Below, in pieces: positions 20,400 through 30,959 of a stretch of 64,000 nt of DNA; the stretch's first letter is position 1; each line of letters starts with the position of its first letter. Made by a program: the position numbers and the translations under genes. Location: positions 9,380 to 73,379 of the forward strand of contig JANQLJ010000014.1 of the NCBI GenBank assembly GCA_028280665.1. The letters are read 5' to 3'. The notes under the pieces are model-generated. The model searched no databases, had not been told where the DNA came from, and was given only the letters and a program-made list of their open reading frames with translations. The DNA comes from Alphaproteobacteria bacterium (lineage in GTDB: Bacteria; Pseudomonadota; Alphaproteobacteria; JAJFIK01).

Positions 20400-22070
20400 A
20401 TGAGCGATGCCAGCTCTTCGGGCCGCACGCCGTCCCATTCCAATATCTTGATGCGAGCCATTCTCGTTTATGCCCTCTTGGGGGCCGGTCTGGTGGTCGC
20501 GCTTTACGTTGCCAGCAACGCCGCCGATTTTGCCATGCGCGTTCACGGCGGCATCTTTGCGCTCGCTGCCCTGGCCGCCCTGATTGCGGTGACACGCCGG
20601 TATGGATCGGCCTTTCAGCAGCCCGCCCTCGCCGGTACAGGCGATGACCGCGGCTACAACTTCGCCATCGTGAAAGTGGGCACGGTGCTTTCGGTCTTCT
20701 GGGGGATCGTCGGCTTTTTGGTGGGGGTCGTGATCGCCGCCCAACTCGCCTTCCCTGAGCTTAACCTCGGCCTGCCATGGACCACCTTCGGGCGCCTCAG
20801 GCCCCTGCACACCTCGGCCGTGATCTTCGCTTTCGGCGGCACGGTGCTGATCACCACGTCGTTTTATGTGGTGCAGCGCACCTGCCAGACCCGTCTCTTT
20901 GGCGACATTCTCCCCTGGTTCGTCTTCTGGGGCTATCAGCTTGTGATCCTGATCGCCGCGACGGGATACCTTCTCGGCGCGACCCAAAGCCGCGAATACG
21001 CCGAACCCGAATGGTATACGGACATCTGGCTCACCATCGTCTGGGTGGGATACCTCGTCACCTTCCTCGGCACCATCTGGAAACGGAAAGAGCCGCATAT
21101 CTATGTGGCGAACTGGTTCTATCTCGCCTTCATCGTCACCATTGCCATGCTGCACATCGTCAACAACCTGGCGGTGCCGGTCTCGCTGATGAGCTCCAAG
21201 AGCTACTCGCTGTTCGCCGGTGTGCAAGACGCGCTGACCCAGTGGTGGTATGCCCATAACGCGGTGGGCTTCTTCCTGACCGCGGGCTTTCTTGCCATCA
21301 TGTACTACTTTATTCCAAAGCGCGCTGAGCGGCCGGTCTATTCCTACCGGCTTTCGATCGTGCACTTTTGGTCGCTCATTTTCATTTACATCTGGGCGGG
21401 CCCGCACCACCTTCACTACACCGCCCTGCCCCAATGGGCGCAAACGCTCGGCATGACTTTCTCCGTCATGTTGTGGATGCCTTCCTGGGGCGGCGCCATC
21501 AACGGGGTGATGACCCTTTCGGGCGCATGGGACAAGCTGCGTACGGACCCGGTCTTGCGCATGATGGTGGTCTCGGTCGCGTTCTACGCCATGAGCACCT
21601 TTGAAGGCCCTGTCATGTCGGTGCGTGCGGTCAATGCTCTCTCGCACTATACGGACTGGACCATCGGGCACGTGCATTCGGGCGCGCTCGGCTGGGTCGG
21701 TTTTGTCAGCTTCGGTGCGCTTTACTGCCTGGTGCCATGGCTCTGGGGCAAGAAACAGCTTTATTCGAACCGGCTCGTGGAAGTTCACTTCTGGGTCGCG
21801 ACCATCGGGATCGTGCTTTACATCACCTCCATGTGGGTCGCGGGGATCATGCAAGGGCTCATGTGGCGCGCCTATAACGAGCTTGGCTTCTTGAGCTTCT
21901 CGTTCATCGAAACCGTCGAGGCCATGGAGCCGTTCTATCTGATCAGGCTCGCGGGCGGCGTGCTCTACCTCTTGGGCGCCTTCATCATGGCCTATAATTT
22001 GTGGATGACCGCGCGGGGGCCATCGGCCGCCCCCAATCCCATGCGCGCCATCCCGCAGGCAGCGGAATAG
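20400..22070 (+). CDS. ccoN: cbb3-type cytochrome c oxidase subunit I
   Basis: 12-TM haem-copper oxidase with His ligand motifs ([17 protein letters not shown]). Confidence 0.95.
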   Translation: MSDASSSGRTPSHSNILMRAILVYALLGAGLVVALYVASNAADFAMRVHGGIFALAALAALIAVTRRYGSAFQQPALAGTGDDRGYNFAIVKVGTVLSVFWGIVGFLVGVVIAAQLAFPELNLGLPWTTFGRLRPLHTSAVIFAFGGTVLITTSFYVVQRTCQTRLFGDILPWFVFWGYQLVILIAATGYLLGATQSREYAEPEWYTDIWLTIVWVGYLVTFLGTIWKRKEPHIYVANWFYLAFIVTIAMLHIVNNLAVPVSLMSSKSYSLFAGVQDALTQWWYAHNAVGFFLTAGFLAIMYYFIPKRAERPVYSYRLSIVHFWSLIFIYIWAGPHHLHYTALPQWAQTLGMTFSVMLWMPSWGGAINGVMTLSGAWDKLRTDPVLRMMVVSVAFYAMSTFEGPVMSVRAVNALSHYTDWTIGHVHSGALGWVGFVSFGALYCLVPWLWGKKQLYSNRLVEVHFWVATIGIVLYITSMWVAGIMQGLMWRAYNELGFLSFSFIETVEAMEPFYLIRLAGGVLYLLGAFIMAYNLWMTARGPSAAPNPMRAIPQAAE

Positions 22071-22081
22071 GAGGGCGCGAC

Positions 22082-22801
22082 ATGAACTGGCACAAACTCC
22101 TTGAACGCCATTCCATGCTGCTGGTGGTCGGCATTCTGGCCATGGTTTCGGTCGGCGGCATTGTGGAAATCGCCCCGCTCTTTTACCTCGAAAGCACTAT
22201 CGAGGAAGTGGACGGGGTGCGCCCCTACAGCCCGCTCGAACTTGCGGGCCGCGACATCTACATCCGCGAGGGCTGCTACACCTGCCATAGCCAGATGATC
22301 CGCCCCTTGCGCGATGAGGTCGAACGCTACGGCCACTACTCACTGGCGGCGGAAAGCATGTACGACCATCCCTTCCAGTGGGGATCGCGGCGCATTGGGC
22401 CTGATCTTGCGCGCGTCGGCGGCAAGTATTCCGACGAATGGCATCGGGACCATATGCGCGATCCGCAAAGCGTGGTGCCCGAATCCATCATGCCGGCCTA
22501 TCCCTTCCTTGAGCGGCGGGAACTCAATGCGGGCGATATCGCCGCGAATCTTACCGCCCTCCGGATGACAGGCGTTCCTTATACGGACGAGATGATCGCG
22601 GCGGCGGCGGAAGACCTTGTCGCCCAAGCAGACCCCTTTGGCGGCGGCGCGGTTCAGGACCGCTATCCCGGCGCAGTGGTGCGCGATTTTGACGGCGATC
22701 CCACCCGCGTAACCGAGCTTGATGCGATGATCGCCTACTTACAAGTGCTCGGCACCATGGTCGATTTCGGCACCTACGTCCCTGAAGACAACACGCGGTG
22801 A
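22082..22801 (+). CDS. ccoO: cbb3-type cytochrome c oxidase subunit II (monohaem)
   Basis: N-terminal TM, CYTCH haem-binding motif, [12 protein letters not shown]. Confidence 0.9.
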   Translation: MNWHKLLERHSMLLVVGILAMVSVGGIVEIAPLFYLESTIEEVDGVRPYSPLELAGRDIYIREGCYTCHSQMIRPLRDEVERYGHYSLAAESMYDHPFQWGSRRIGPDLARVGGKYSDEWHRDHMRDPQSVVPESIMPAYPFLERRELNAGDIAANLTALRMTGVPYTDEMIAAAAEDLVAQADPFGGGAVQDRYPGAVVRDFDGDPTRVTELDAMIAYLQVLGTMVDFGTYVPEDNTR

Positions 22802-22811
22802 GGAGGCGGAT

Positions 22812-22973
22812 ATGTCACACGAAATGATCAGCCAAGTCGTCGGCGTCTGGGGCTCCATCTACTTTTTGCTTCTGTTCATCGCGGTTCTTTTCTACGCGCT
22901 GAACCCCAAGTCCCAGGACAAATTCGATCATGCCGCGCACATCCCGCTGCGGGAGGACGACCTCGATGACTGA
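22812..22973 (+). CDS. ccoQ: cbb3 oxidase small subunit CcoQ (53 aa; absent from the ORF track)
   Basis: Hand translation gives MSHEMISQVVGVWGSIYFLLLFIAVLFYALNPKSQDKFDHAAHIPLREDDLDD. Single TM. aggagg SD 6 nt upstream. Its stop overlaps the ccoP start (ATGACTGA). Confidence 0.6.
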   Translation: MSHEMISQVVGVWGSIYFLLLFIAVLFYALNPKSQDKFDHAAHIPLREDDLDD

Positions 22974-23838
22974 CCAAAAAGAAATCGACGATCACTCCGG
23001 CGTCGAAACCACGCAGCACGTGTGGGACGGCATCAAGGAGTTGAACAATCCCCTGCCCCGCTGGTGGCTGTGGATTTTCTACGCCACTGTTATCTGGTCG
23101 GTGATCTATTGGATTTTTATGCCTGCTTGGCCCTTGGTTTCAAGTTATACGCCAGGCCTGCGCGGCCATTCGGACCGCGCCAATGTGGCGCAAGACCTTG
23201 TGGAGATGTATGCGGAGCGCGCCGCGTACGCCGTGCGCCTTAACGAGGCTTCGCTCGAACAAATCCGGTCAACGCCGGAGCTGCTTGAATTCGCAATCGC
23301 CGCGGGCGACGCAGCCTTTGGCGAGAACTGCGCGCCCTGCCACGGGCGGGGGGCGCAAGGGGCGCCGGGCTATCCCAATCTCAATGACGATATCTGGCTG
23401 TGGGGCGGCTCGCTGGACGAGATCGCCTACACCATCCGTTATGGCATTCGAAACGAAAACACCAGCTCGCACTTCAGCCAGATGCCCGCTTATGGCGCCG
23501 ACGGCATTTTGACGCAGACCGAAATCGACGACGTGACGGAATACGTGATCTCGCTTTCGGGCGGCGACGCGAATGCCGCCATGGCACGCCGGGGTGCGGG
23601 GATTTATGCCGAACAATGCGCCGCGTGCCACGGCCCCACTGGCGGCGGCGACCGCCTCTTCGGGGCGCCCAATCTCGCCGACCGCGAATGGCTCTATGGC
23701 GGCGACCGTGAGACAATTCGCGCGACGATTGCCGACAGCCGATTTGGTGTAATGCCGCCCTGGGAAGACCGGCTCGACCCGGCCACCCTGCGCGCCCTTG
23801 CGGTTTGGGTGCATGAACGGGGCGGCGGCGAAGACTAA
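22966..23838 (+). CDS. ccoP: cbb3-type cytochrome c oxidase subunit III (dihaem)
   Basis: Start at MTDQKEID. Two CxxCH motifs (CAPCHG, CAACHG) and an N-terminal TM. Confidence 0.9.
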   Translation: MTDQKEIDDHSGVETTQHVWDGIKELNNPLPRWWLWIFYATVIWSVIYWIFMPAWPLVSSYTPGLRGHSDRANVAQDLVEMYAERAAYAVRLNEASLEQIRSTPELLEFAIAAGDAAFGENCAPCHGRGAQGAPGYPNLNDDIWLWGGSLDEIAYTIRYGIRNENTSSHFSQMPAYGADGILTQTEIDDVTEYVISLSGGDANAAMARRGAGIYAEQCAACHGPTGGGDRLFGAPNLADREWLYGGDRETIRATIADSRFGVMPPWEDRLDPATLRALAVWVHERGGGED

Positions 23839-23913
23839 AGGCGAGAGCCAAGGGCAATGTGACTAAGGGCACTGGCTGAAAGCAAAGACCCTTTGGATTG
23901 AGGAAGACTGCAG

Positions 23914-25467
23914 ATGGACGCAAGCGGCGGGACACAGGGTCCATCCGCCGGGCGCCCCTCTTCCGCGGACGTTGAGATGCAAGACCAGAAGGAAGCAGCG
24001 CCGGGCATCGCGCGCCACGACGTGGAAGCCGTCAACGTTGGCGCCGCAACCAAAACCTCGCTTTACAAAGCGCGCGAGGCCGTCCACCCCAAGCGCGTTT
24101 ACGGCACGTTCCGCAATGTGAAATGGGCGGTGATGATCGTCACCCTGGGCATCTACTACCTTTTGCCCTGGGTCAGATGGGACCGTGGCCCGGGCGCGCC
24201 CGACCAAGCGGTGCTGGTCGACTTCGGCGCGCCGCGCTTTTATTTCTTCTTCATCGAGATTTGGCCGCAGGAAGTCTATTACATCACAGGCCTTTTGATC
24301 CTCGCAGCAATAGGGCTTTTCTTCGTAACCGCGCTTTTGGGGCGGGTGTGGTGCGGTTATGCCTGCCCGCAAACGGTTTGGACCGATCTCTTCATATGGG
24401 TCGAGCGCTTCGTTCAAGGCGACCGCAACGCCCGCCTTAAACTGGCCAAGGCGCCCTGGACCTTCGACAAGATACGCAAAATCGCAACGACCCACGCGAT
24501 CTGGATTTTGATTGCCATCGCCACCGGTGGGGCGTGGGTCTTTTACTTCAACGATGCCCCAACCCTTGCGCAGAACCTTCTGACCGGCACCGCGCACCCG
24601 GCCGCTTATATGTTCATTGGCGTGCTGACGTTTACAACTTATTCGCTGGGCGGGTTCATGCGCGAGCAAGTGTGCATTTACATGTGCCCGTGGCCGCGCA
24701 TTCAGGCCGCCATGATCGACGAAGACGCTCTTGCCGTCACCTACCGGACCGACAGGGGCGAGCGGCGCGGGGCCCACAAGAAAGGCGATACGTGGGAAGG
24801 CCGCGGCCACTGCATTGACTGCAAGCAATGCGTGGTGGCTTGCCCCATGGGCATCGACATCCGCGACGGGCTTCAACTCGAATGCATTCAATGCGCGCTC
24901 TGCATCGATGCCTGCGATTCCATCATGGACAAGGTGGGGCTGCCGCGCGGGCTTATCGCCTATGATACGGACATCAACATCACGCGCCGGCAGGCGGGCG
25001 AGCCCGGCCGGTTCAATTTCGTCCGTCACCGGACCGTCGCTTATGCTGCGATCCTGGCGGTGGTGGGCGCGGTGATGCTTTACGGGTTATTGAGCCGGGA
25101 TCTTTTGGAACTCAATGCCTTGCGTGACCGCATCCCCAATTATGTGATGCTTTCCGACGGTTCCATGCGCAACGGATACACATTGAAGATTCATAACATG
25201 CGCCCCACGGAAGAAGAATTCCGCGTCACGCTTGAGGGGCTCGAAGGCGCGCGCTTCCGTCTTGTAGGGGATTCGGCAGACCGCGATACGCTTCCGCTTT
25301 TCACTGCACCGCGCGACCGGGTGGACACCATCCGCTTCTACATTGCGGTGCCGCCGGACCGTCTGCCCGCCGACGACCAAACCCCCATTACCTTCCGTAT
25401 CGAGAACACCGAACGGGGCACGGTTGAAACCGCCCGCTCCGTCTTTGTTACAGGAGGCAGGCGATGA
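23914..25467 (+). CDS. ccoG: cbb3 oxidase accessory 4Fe-4S ferredoxin CcoG/FixG
   Basis: Two ferredoxin-type clusters (CIDCKQCVVACP, CIQCALCIDACD) and multi-TM N-terminal half. Confidence 0.9.
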   Translation: MDASGGTQGPSAGRPSSADVEMQDQKEAAPGIARHDVEAVNVGAATKTSLYKAREAVHPKRVYGTFRNVKWAVMIVTLGIYYLLPWVRWDRGPGAPDQAVLVDFGAPRFYFFFIEIWPQEVYYITGLLILAAIGLFFVTALLGRVWCGYACPQTVWTDLFIWVERFVQGDRNARLKLAKAPWTFDKIRKIATTHAIWILIAIATGGAWVFYFNDAPTLAQNLLTGTAHPAAYMFIGVLTFTTYSLGGFMREQVCIYMCPWPRIQAAMIDEDALAVTYRTDRGERRGAHKKGDTWEGRGHCIDCKQCVVACPMGIDIRDGLQLECIQCALCIDACDSIMDKVGLPRGLIAYDTDINITRRQAGEPGRFNFVRHRTVAYAAILAVVGAVMLYGLLSRDLLELNALRDRIPNYVMLSDGSMRNGYTLKIHNMRPTEEEFRVTLEGLEGARFRLVGDSADRDTLPLFTAPRDRVDTIRFYIAVPPDRLPADDQTPITFRIENTERGTVETARSVFVTGGRR

Positions 25468-25952
25468 GCGCGCGCAGGCGGGAGCTGACAGGACGGCATG
25501 TGCTGTTGATTTTTCTTGCGGCCTTTGCGCTGGTCCTGGCGGTTAACGTGGTTTTTATCACCCTCTCGCTCCGGACCTTTACCGGCGAAGACACGCCCGA
25601 TGCCTATAGCCGCGGGCTTACCTACAATGACGTGCTTGAGGAACGCACGGCCCAGGCCGCCCTTGGCTGGCGCGCCGCGGTGACAGTGGAAGCAGGGGAT
25701 ACCGCCACCCTTGTCCGCGTGGACCTTACCGATGCGGCGGGCGCGCCCATTTCCGGCGCCGAGGTCACCGTGCTGTTCCGGCGGCCAACCCATGAAGGCG
25801 AAGATACCGAAGCCGCCTGCACCGAGGCGCGCCCGGGCGTTTACACTGCTATGGTAGAGCTGCCGGGCGCGGGGGTGTGGGATGCGCGCGGCCGCGCGGT
25901 GCGCGGCGCGCAGGAACGGCTCGATTTCGAGGAGCGCTTATGGGTGGAGTAA
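25464..25952 (+). CDS. ccoH: FixH/CcoH family protein
   Basis: N-terminal TM (HVLLIFLAAFALVLAVNVVFITL). Position between ccoG and ccoI. ATGA overlap with ccoG. Confidence 0.75.
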   Translation: MSARRRELTGRHVLLIFLAAFALVLAVNVVFITLSLRTFTGEDTPDAYSRGLTYNDVLEERTAQAALGWRAAVTVEAGDTATLVRVDLTDAAGAPISGAEVTVLFRRPTHEGEDTEAACTEARPGVYTAMVELPGAGVWDARGRAVRGAQERLDFEERLWVE

Positions 25953-28129
25953 GCGTTGAGAGCGGAGATGGTGCTGCCGCCTTCGTCACCAAGGATGGTG
26001 AGGGGCTGAGCCACATTGATCTGATTGTAAAAGGCATTCACTGCCCCAAGTGCATCTCCGACATCGAGGGCAGCCTGCACGCCAAAGACGGTGTGCGCAA
26101 TGCGCGGGTGAATTTTTCAACTAGCCGCCTGCACGTGGCGTGGGATGCCTCCCGCATCGGATCAACTGACATCGTCAAGACGATCACCGACCTTGGGTTC
26201 GGGGCGACGCCGATTGACGCGGCGGGCGAGCGCACCCCCGACCAGGAAGAAGCGCGGCGGCTTCTTATCGCACTTGCGGTCGCAGGGTTCGCCACCGCGA
26301 ACATCATGCTGCTTTCCATCTCCGTCTGGGCCGGTTTTGAAATGGGCGAAGCCACGCGCAGTCTGCTCCACTGGATTTCGGGGCTGATCGCGCTGCCTGC
26401 TGTTGCCTTTTCCGGGCGGCCGTTCTTTTTCTCCGCCTGGCGCTCCCTCCGCGCAAGCCGCGTCAATATGGACGTACCCATTTCCCTGGCGGTGATCCTT
26501 GCTTGCGTACTCAGCGTCTTTGAAGCCCGCGCGGGCGGCGTGCATACCTATTTCGACGCCGCGGTGATGCTGCTCTTTTTCTTGCTGATTGGCCGGTATC
26601 TCGATTTGCGGATGCGCGTGCGTGCACGGTCCGCGGCCAATGACCTTATGGCCTTGCAGAAGATGGCGGCCCAAGTGATCGCGCCCGATGGCCGGACCTC
26701 GACCGTGCCCGCCGCCGCCGTGCATCCGGGCGACCTTATGCTCGTTGCCCAAGGCGAGCGCGTGCCCGTCGATGGCGTTGTCGAAAGCGGCCGCACCGAG
26801 CTGGATGTCAGCTTGCTTACCGGCGAAACCGTACCGGCGGCCGCCGAACAAGGCACCGCTGTTTTCGCGGGCGCCATCAACCTGGGGGCGCCGATCCGCG
26901 TGCGCGCGGAAAAGACCCGCGAGACCTCCTTGCTCGCGGAAATCGCCCGGCTCATGGAAATCGCCGAACAGGGCCGCGCCCGCTTCGTGCGCCTGGCGGA
27001 CAAGGCCGCGAGCGTCTATGTGCCCGTGGTTCACACCCTCGCCGCCGCGACCTTCATGGGCTGGTGGCTGCTTGGAACAGGCGGCTGGATCCCCGCCGCG
27101 ACCAACGCCATTGCGGTTCTCATCATCACCTGCCCGTGCGCGCTGGGACTGGCGGTCCCAGTGGTGCAAGTGGTGGCGACGGGATACTTGTTCCGGCGCG
27201 GTGTACTGACGAAATCGTCCGACGGGCTTGAACGGCTCGCCGAAGTGGATGCGGTGGTGCTTGACAAGACCGGCACACTCACCCGGGGCCATCCCGAGCT
27301 GATAACCCGTGACGGTGTGGCCGAAGACGACCTTGCGCTCGCAGCAACGCTGGCGCGGGCGAGCCGGCATCCGCTTTCCCGCGCCCTTGTCCGCGCGGCG
27401 GGCGATGGCCCCGCCGCAAAGGATGTAACCGAGACGCCCGGATTCGGCCTTGCTTGGGCTTCCCCTGAGGGCGAAGTGCGGCTGGGCAGCCGCGCCTGGT
27501 GCGGGATCGAGGAAGGCGCAGGTGGGACAGGCCCCGAACTATGGCTGCGTCACGGGGACGGGCGCACGGTTCACTTCGCCTTTGAAGATGCCCTGCGCAC
27601 CGATGCCGCCGAAACCGTATCAACGCTCCGTGACATGGGGCTGACCGTGACGCTTCTTTCCGGCGACCGCCCCGAGGCCGTGCGCGCCGCCGCCAAGGCC
27701 GCAGGAATTGAAGATTTCACCGCAAGCTGTTTGCCCACGGACAAAATCGCGCGGCTTGAGGCGCTCGAAAAGCAAGGCCGCAAAGTGCTGATGGTCGGCG
27801 ATGGCCTTAACGACGCGCCGAGCCTTGCCGCCGCCCATGCCTCCATCTCCCCATCGAGCGCCGCCGACATCAGCCAAACCGCGGCGGATTTTGTCTTTCA
27901 AGGCAAACGGCTGGGAGCGGTCGTCACCGCCTTGCTGGCCGCGCGCGGTGCGCGGCGCCTGGTGCTTCAGAACTTTGGGATTGCCGCCCTTTACAACACC
28001 ATCGCCGTGCCGCTTGCGGTGGCGGGGCTTGTGACGCCCCTTATTGCTGCGGTCGCCATGTCCGCCTCGTCGATTGTGGTGAGCCTCAACGCCCTACGGC
28101 TTAACCTAATGAAACCGGGGGTTCGCTGA
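25940..28129 (+). CDS. ccoI: Copper-translocating P1B-type ATPase CcoI/FixI
   Basis: Start at MGGVSV. HMA domain GIHCPKC, CPC (ITCPCALG), DKTGTLT, GDGLNDAP. Confidence 0.9.
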   Translation: MGGVSVESGDGAAAFVTKDGEGLSHIDLIVKGIHCPKCISDIEGSLHAKDGVRNARVNFSTSRLHVAWDASRIGSTDIVKTITDLGFGATPIDAAGERTPDQEEARRLLIALAVAGFATANIMLLSISVWAGFEMGEATRSLLHWISGLIALPAVAFSGRPFFFSAWRSLRASRVNMDVPISLAVILACVLSVFEARAGGVHTYFDAAVMLLFFLLIGRYLDLRMRVRARSAANDLMALQKMAAQVIAPDGRTSTVPAAAVHPGDLMLVAQGERVPVDGVVESGRTELDVSLLTGETVPAAAEQGTAVFAGAINLGAPIRVRAEKTRETSLLAEIARLMEIAEQGRARFVRLADKAASVYVPVVHTLAAATFMGWWLLGTGGWIPAATNAIAVLIITCPCALGLAVPVVQVVATGYLFRRGVLTKSSDGLERLAEVDAVVLDKTGTLTRGHPELITRDGVAEDDLALAATLARASRHPLSRALVRAAGDGPAAKDVTETPGFGLAWASPEGEVRLGSRAWCGIEEGAGGTGPELWLRHGDGRTVHFAFEDALRTDAAETVSTLRDMGLTVTLLSGDRPEAVRAAAKAAGIEDFTASCLPTDKIARLEALEKQGRKVLMVGDGLNDAPSLAAAHASISPSSAADISQTAADFVFQGKRLGAVVTALLAARGARRLVLQNFGIAALYNTIAVPLAVAGLVTPLIAAVAMSASSIVVSLNALRLNLMKPGVR

Positions 28130-28293
28130 TGGGCGTTATCGGGCTTCTTATCCCCATTGCGCTTTTCCTGGGGTTCATCGGCCTTATCGCCTTCTACTGG
28201 GCGCTCAAGTCAGGCCAGTTCGAAGACCCCGAGGGCGCCGCGCGGCGGATCCTGCTCGATGACGATCTCGACGACATGGGGCCAAAGGAGTGA
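28129..28293 (+). CDS. ccoS: cbb3 maturation protein CcoS/FixS (54 aa; absent from the ORF track)
   Basis: Hand translation gives MGVIGLLIPIALFLGFIGLIAFYWALKSGQFEDPEGAARRILLDDDLDD…. TGATG overlap with the ccoI stop. The ALKSGQF(D/E)D motif is CcoS-like. Confidence 0.65.
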   Translation: MGVIGLLIPIALFLGFIGLIAFYWALKSGQFEDPEGAARRILLDDDLDDMGPKE

Positions 28294-28399
28294 CCAGTGC
28301 CCTCCCGATTACCCCGCCGGATCAATGCTCTAGCCAATTCCCTTAACTAGCAAGTTCAGGTGATGCCCAGGTTTCAGGGCCAGATTATGGGGCTTCGCT

Positions 28400-28668
28400 T
28401 GGCGAATCGCTAATCCCTTGCATTTTCCGCCGCTCTCATTTATTGAGCGCGCTAATCCAGTATCGGAGTACGGGAATCACTGATTACTGTCCGGGTCGTT
28501 CCGGGCGGGATCTCTTGGAAGCACATCCACCCTTGTACCTTTAGTACCCCCCACATCCCCTACCCGCCCCCGGTTGCGTCAGTAAACGAATCCAACGACA
28601 ACACCATCGGTGAGCCTCCGACGGGTGTGTGCTCGTGTTGATGTGTTTTCCTTCCATGGAGGAATAAA
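28400..28668 (+). promoter_or_regulatory. Conserved leader, copy 1, upstream of paralog A
   Basis: About 230 nt shared with copies 2 and 3. Conserved blocks: TTGAGCGCGCTAA (palindromic core AGCGCGCT), GGGAATCACTGATTACTGTC, GTTTCCGGGCGG, CTTGTACC, CCCGCCCCCGGTTGCGT, GTTGATNTGTTTTCC…GGAGGAATAAAATG. CCGGGCGG and CCCGCCC are mutually complementary, which suggests structure. Confidence 0.5.
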
Positions 28669-29601
28669 ATGAAAACAAACTTGGGAAACGGTTCCCTGAT
28701 CGCCCTCGCCGCGGGCCTGCTCATCGCAAGCGCGCCCGCCGCCTATGCTGACGGCGGCACCGTCTTTGCAGTTCAGGGTGAAATTTCAGGCGGCATATCA
28801 GCGGCCGACTTCGATGGTGAAGGCAGCGGCACCAGTGATCTTGATGACGACACCTATCCGGTCCTTGAGGGCGCTGCCCGTGTCAACATTCCGGCGCCAG
28901 ACAATTTCGCCTTTCAGTTCGACATCGAGGGCCTTGCCACCTTCACCGACAGAGACAACGGCGAGGATAACCTGCAAACGGCGTTTACAGGCGGCCTTCA
29001 CGCGGCCCATCGTAAGCCCGGCCACCACGCGGTCGGCCTTTTCGGCGCCTTGGGTTCATCGAACGGCGGCGATGACGAAAATGCCATCTTCGGCATAATT
29101 GGTGCGGAAGGTCAGATGACCGCCAACAACACTACGGTCATTGGACAAGTGGGCTATTTCATCGGCGACGATGAAACTGAAGACGACGTTATGACCGATG
29201 CCTGGCTGTTGCGCGGCGTGGCCCGGTATTTCCTTAAGCCGGATCAACGGATTCAGGGCGAACTTACCTACGCATCAGGTGAAGCAAATGACAGTGCGTG
29301 CTGTGACATCGACGCCTGGGACTGGGGCCTGCGCTATGACCAGCGCTTTGAAAACACCCCCATGGGCTGGGCCATTGGCTACCGCGGCGTATATATCGAA
29401 AACAGCGACAGCCCTGCCGATGAACTCACAGAGCACACGTTCTTTGCGGCTTTAACCTTCACGTTTGGGTATGAAACCGATCTGACGCTGCAAGAAAACA
29501 ACGACCGCGGCGCCACGTGGGATCTTCCCGGTGTGGACCGGTTCACGGGCCATACGATCGAAACCGTGGATTCCGACGGCCACTTGCTTTTCATACCTTG
29601 A
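28669..29601 (+). CDS. Acidic secreted beta-rich protein, paralog A (putative outer-membrane beta-barrel/porin-like)
   Basis: Signal peptide ending AYA-DGG. Alternating amphipathic beta-strand-like stretches (FAFQFDIEGLATFTD, AVGLFGALGSS, TVIGQVGYFIGDD, RIQGELTYASGE, GWAIGYRGVYIEN, TFFAALTFTFGY). Asp/Glu-rich loops. About 80% identical to paralogs B and C. Confidence 0.55.
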   Translation: MKTNLGNGSLIALAAGLLIASAPAAYADGGTVFAVQGEISGGISAADFDGEGSGTSDLDDDTYPVLEGAARVNIPAPDNFAFQFDIEGLATFTDRDNGEDNLQTAFTGGLHAAHRKPGHHAVGLFGALGSSNGGDDENAIFGIIGAEGQMTANNTTVIGQVGYFIGDDETEDDVMTDAWLLRGVARYFLKPDQRIQGELTYASGEANDSACCDIDAWDWGLRYDQRFENTPMGWAIGYRGVYIENSDSPADELTEHTFFAALTFTFGYETDLTLQENNDRGATWDLPGVDRFTGHTIETVDSDGHLLFIP

Positions 29602-29622
29602 TCGAAACACAATCAGGTACAA

Positions 29623-29652
29623 GGAGCGGCCCCCGGGCCGCTCCTTTTTTGT
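29623..29652 (+). terminator. Intrinsic terminator after paralog A
   Basis: GGAGCGGCCCCCGGGCCGCTCC hairpin followed by TTTTTTGTTT. Confidence 0.7.
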
Positions 29653-29659
29653 TTGGGCC

Positions 29660-29916
29660 GATGCCACTGATGCCGATTTGCATCGCCGCCGCTCTCATTT
29701 GTTGAGCGCGCTAACTCAATGTCGGCGTTACGGGAATCACTGACTACCGTTTGGAAAGTTTCCGGGCGGGGCCTCGTGGATCAATATCCATCTTCGTACC
29801 CCACATCCCCTGCCCGCCCCCAGTTGCGTGCGTACACGAATCCAATGACAGCATTGCCGGTGTGCCTCCGAAGGGTGTGCTTGCGTTGATCTGTTTTCCA
29901 TTCACGGAGAAATAAA
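29660..29916 (+). promoter_or_regulatory. Conserved leader, copy 2, upstream of paralog B
   Basis: Same conserved blocks as copy 1 (TTGAGCGCGCTAA, GGGAATCACTGACTAC, GTTTCCGGGCGG, CCCGCCCCCAGTTGCGT, GTTGATCTGTTTTCC…AATAAAATG). Confidence 0.5.
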
Positions 29917-30843
29917 ATGAAAATGAACTTGGGAAGCGGTTCCCTGACCGCCTTCGCCGCGGGCCTTCTGATCGCAAGCGGACCTGCCGCCTATGCTGAC
30001 GGCGGAACCGTCTTTGCGGTTCAGGGTGAAATCTCGGGCGGCGTATCGATAACAGATTCTGAGAATACCGGCACCGGACATGACGATGGCACCTACCCGA
30101 TCCTTGAAGGCGCTGCCCGTGTCAACATCCCTGCGCCGGATAACTTCGCCTTTCAGTTCGATATAGACGGGCTCGCCACCTTTACCGATAGAGACCATGG
30201 TGAAGACAACCTGCAAACCGCATATACCACCGGCCTTCATGCGGCCTACCGCAAGCCCGGCCACCACGCGGTCGGCCTTTTCGGCGCCTTGGGATCATCG
30301 AACGGCGGCGAAGATGAAAACGCGCTCTTCGGCCTGATCGGTGCGGAGGGCCAAATGACCGCGAACAACACCACGGTCATCGGGCAGGCGGGCTATTTCG
30401 TCGCCGATGATGAAACCGAAAACGATGTCATGACCGACGCCTGGCTGTTGCGTGGCGTGGCGCGTTACTTCATGGAGCCGGATCAACGGATTCAGGGCGA
30501 ACTCACCTACGCATCAGGTGAAGCAAGTGACAGTGCGTGCTGCGACATCGATGCCTGGGACTGGGGCCTTCGCTATGACCAGCGCTTCGAGAACACCCCC
30601 ATGGGCTGGGCCATTGGCTATCGCGGCGCACATGTCGAAAACGATGATAGCCCCGCCGACGAGTTCACAGAGCACACGTTCTTTGCGGCTTTGACCTTCA
30701 CGTTTGGATATAAAAACTACCTGACGCTGCAAGAAAACAATGACCGCGGCGCCACGTGGGATCTTCCAGCCGTGGACCGGTTCACCGGGTACACAACGGA
30801 AATCGTGGATTCTGACGGTAACCTCCTCTCCCTAATAAATTAG
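29917..30843 (+). CDS. Acidic secreted beta-rich protein, paralog B
   Basis: 308 aa, same architecture as paralog A (signal peptide, FAFQFDIDGLATFTD …). Confidence 0.55.
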   Translation: MKMNLGSGSLTAFAAGLLIASGPAAYADGGTVFAVQGEISGGVSITDSENTGTGHDDGTYPILEGAARVNIPAPDNFAFQFDIDGLATFTDRDHGEDNLQTAYTTGLHAAYRKPGHHAVGLFGALGSSNGGEDENALFGLIGAEGQMTANNTTVIGQAGYFVADDETENDVMTDAWLLRGVARYFMEPDQRIQGELTYASGEASDSACCDIDAWDWGLRYDQRFENTPMGWAIGYRGAHVENDDSPADEFTEHTFFAALTFTFGYKNYLTLQENNDRGATWDLPAVDRFTGYTTEIVDSDGNLLSLIN

Positions 30844-30862
30844 ACCAAGCCAATCGGACAAA

Positions 30863-30892
30863 GGAGCGGCCCCGGGGCCGCTCCTTTCGTTT
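30863..30892 (+). terminator. Intrinsic terminator after paralog B
   Basis: GGAGCGGCCCCGGGGCCGCTCC hairpin followed by TTTCGTTT. Confidence 0.6.
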
Positions 30893-30959
30893 GCGCTTGT
30901 GCAATCAGGTGCCCTAAGCAGGCGAATCGCTGGCCTGCCCGCCTCAGGCCTGCGCAGCT

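Noticed and set aside
20151-21854. 567-aa minus-strand ORF across ccoN; likewise 23863..25029 across ccoG and 26162..27370 across ccoI
   Set aside because: Antisense to clearly identified cco genes. Highly basic, repetitive translations.
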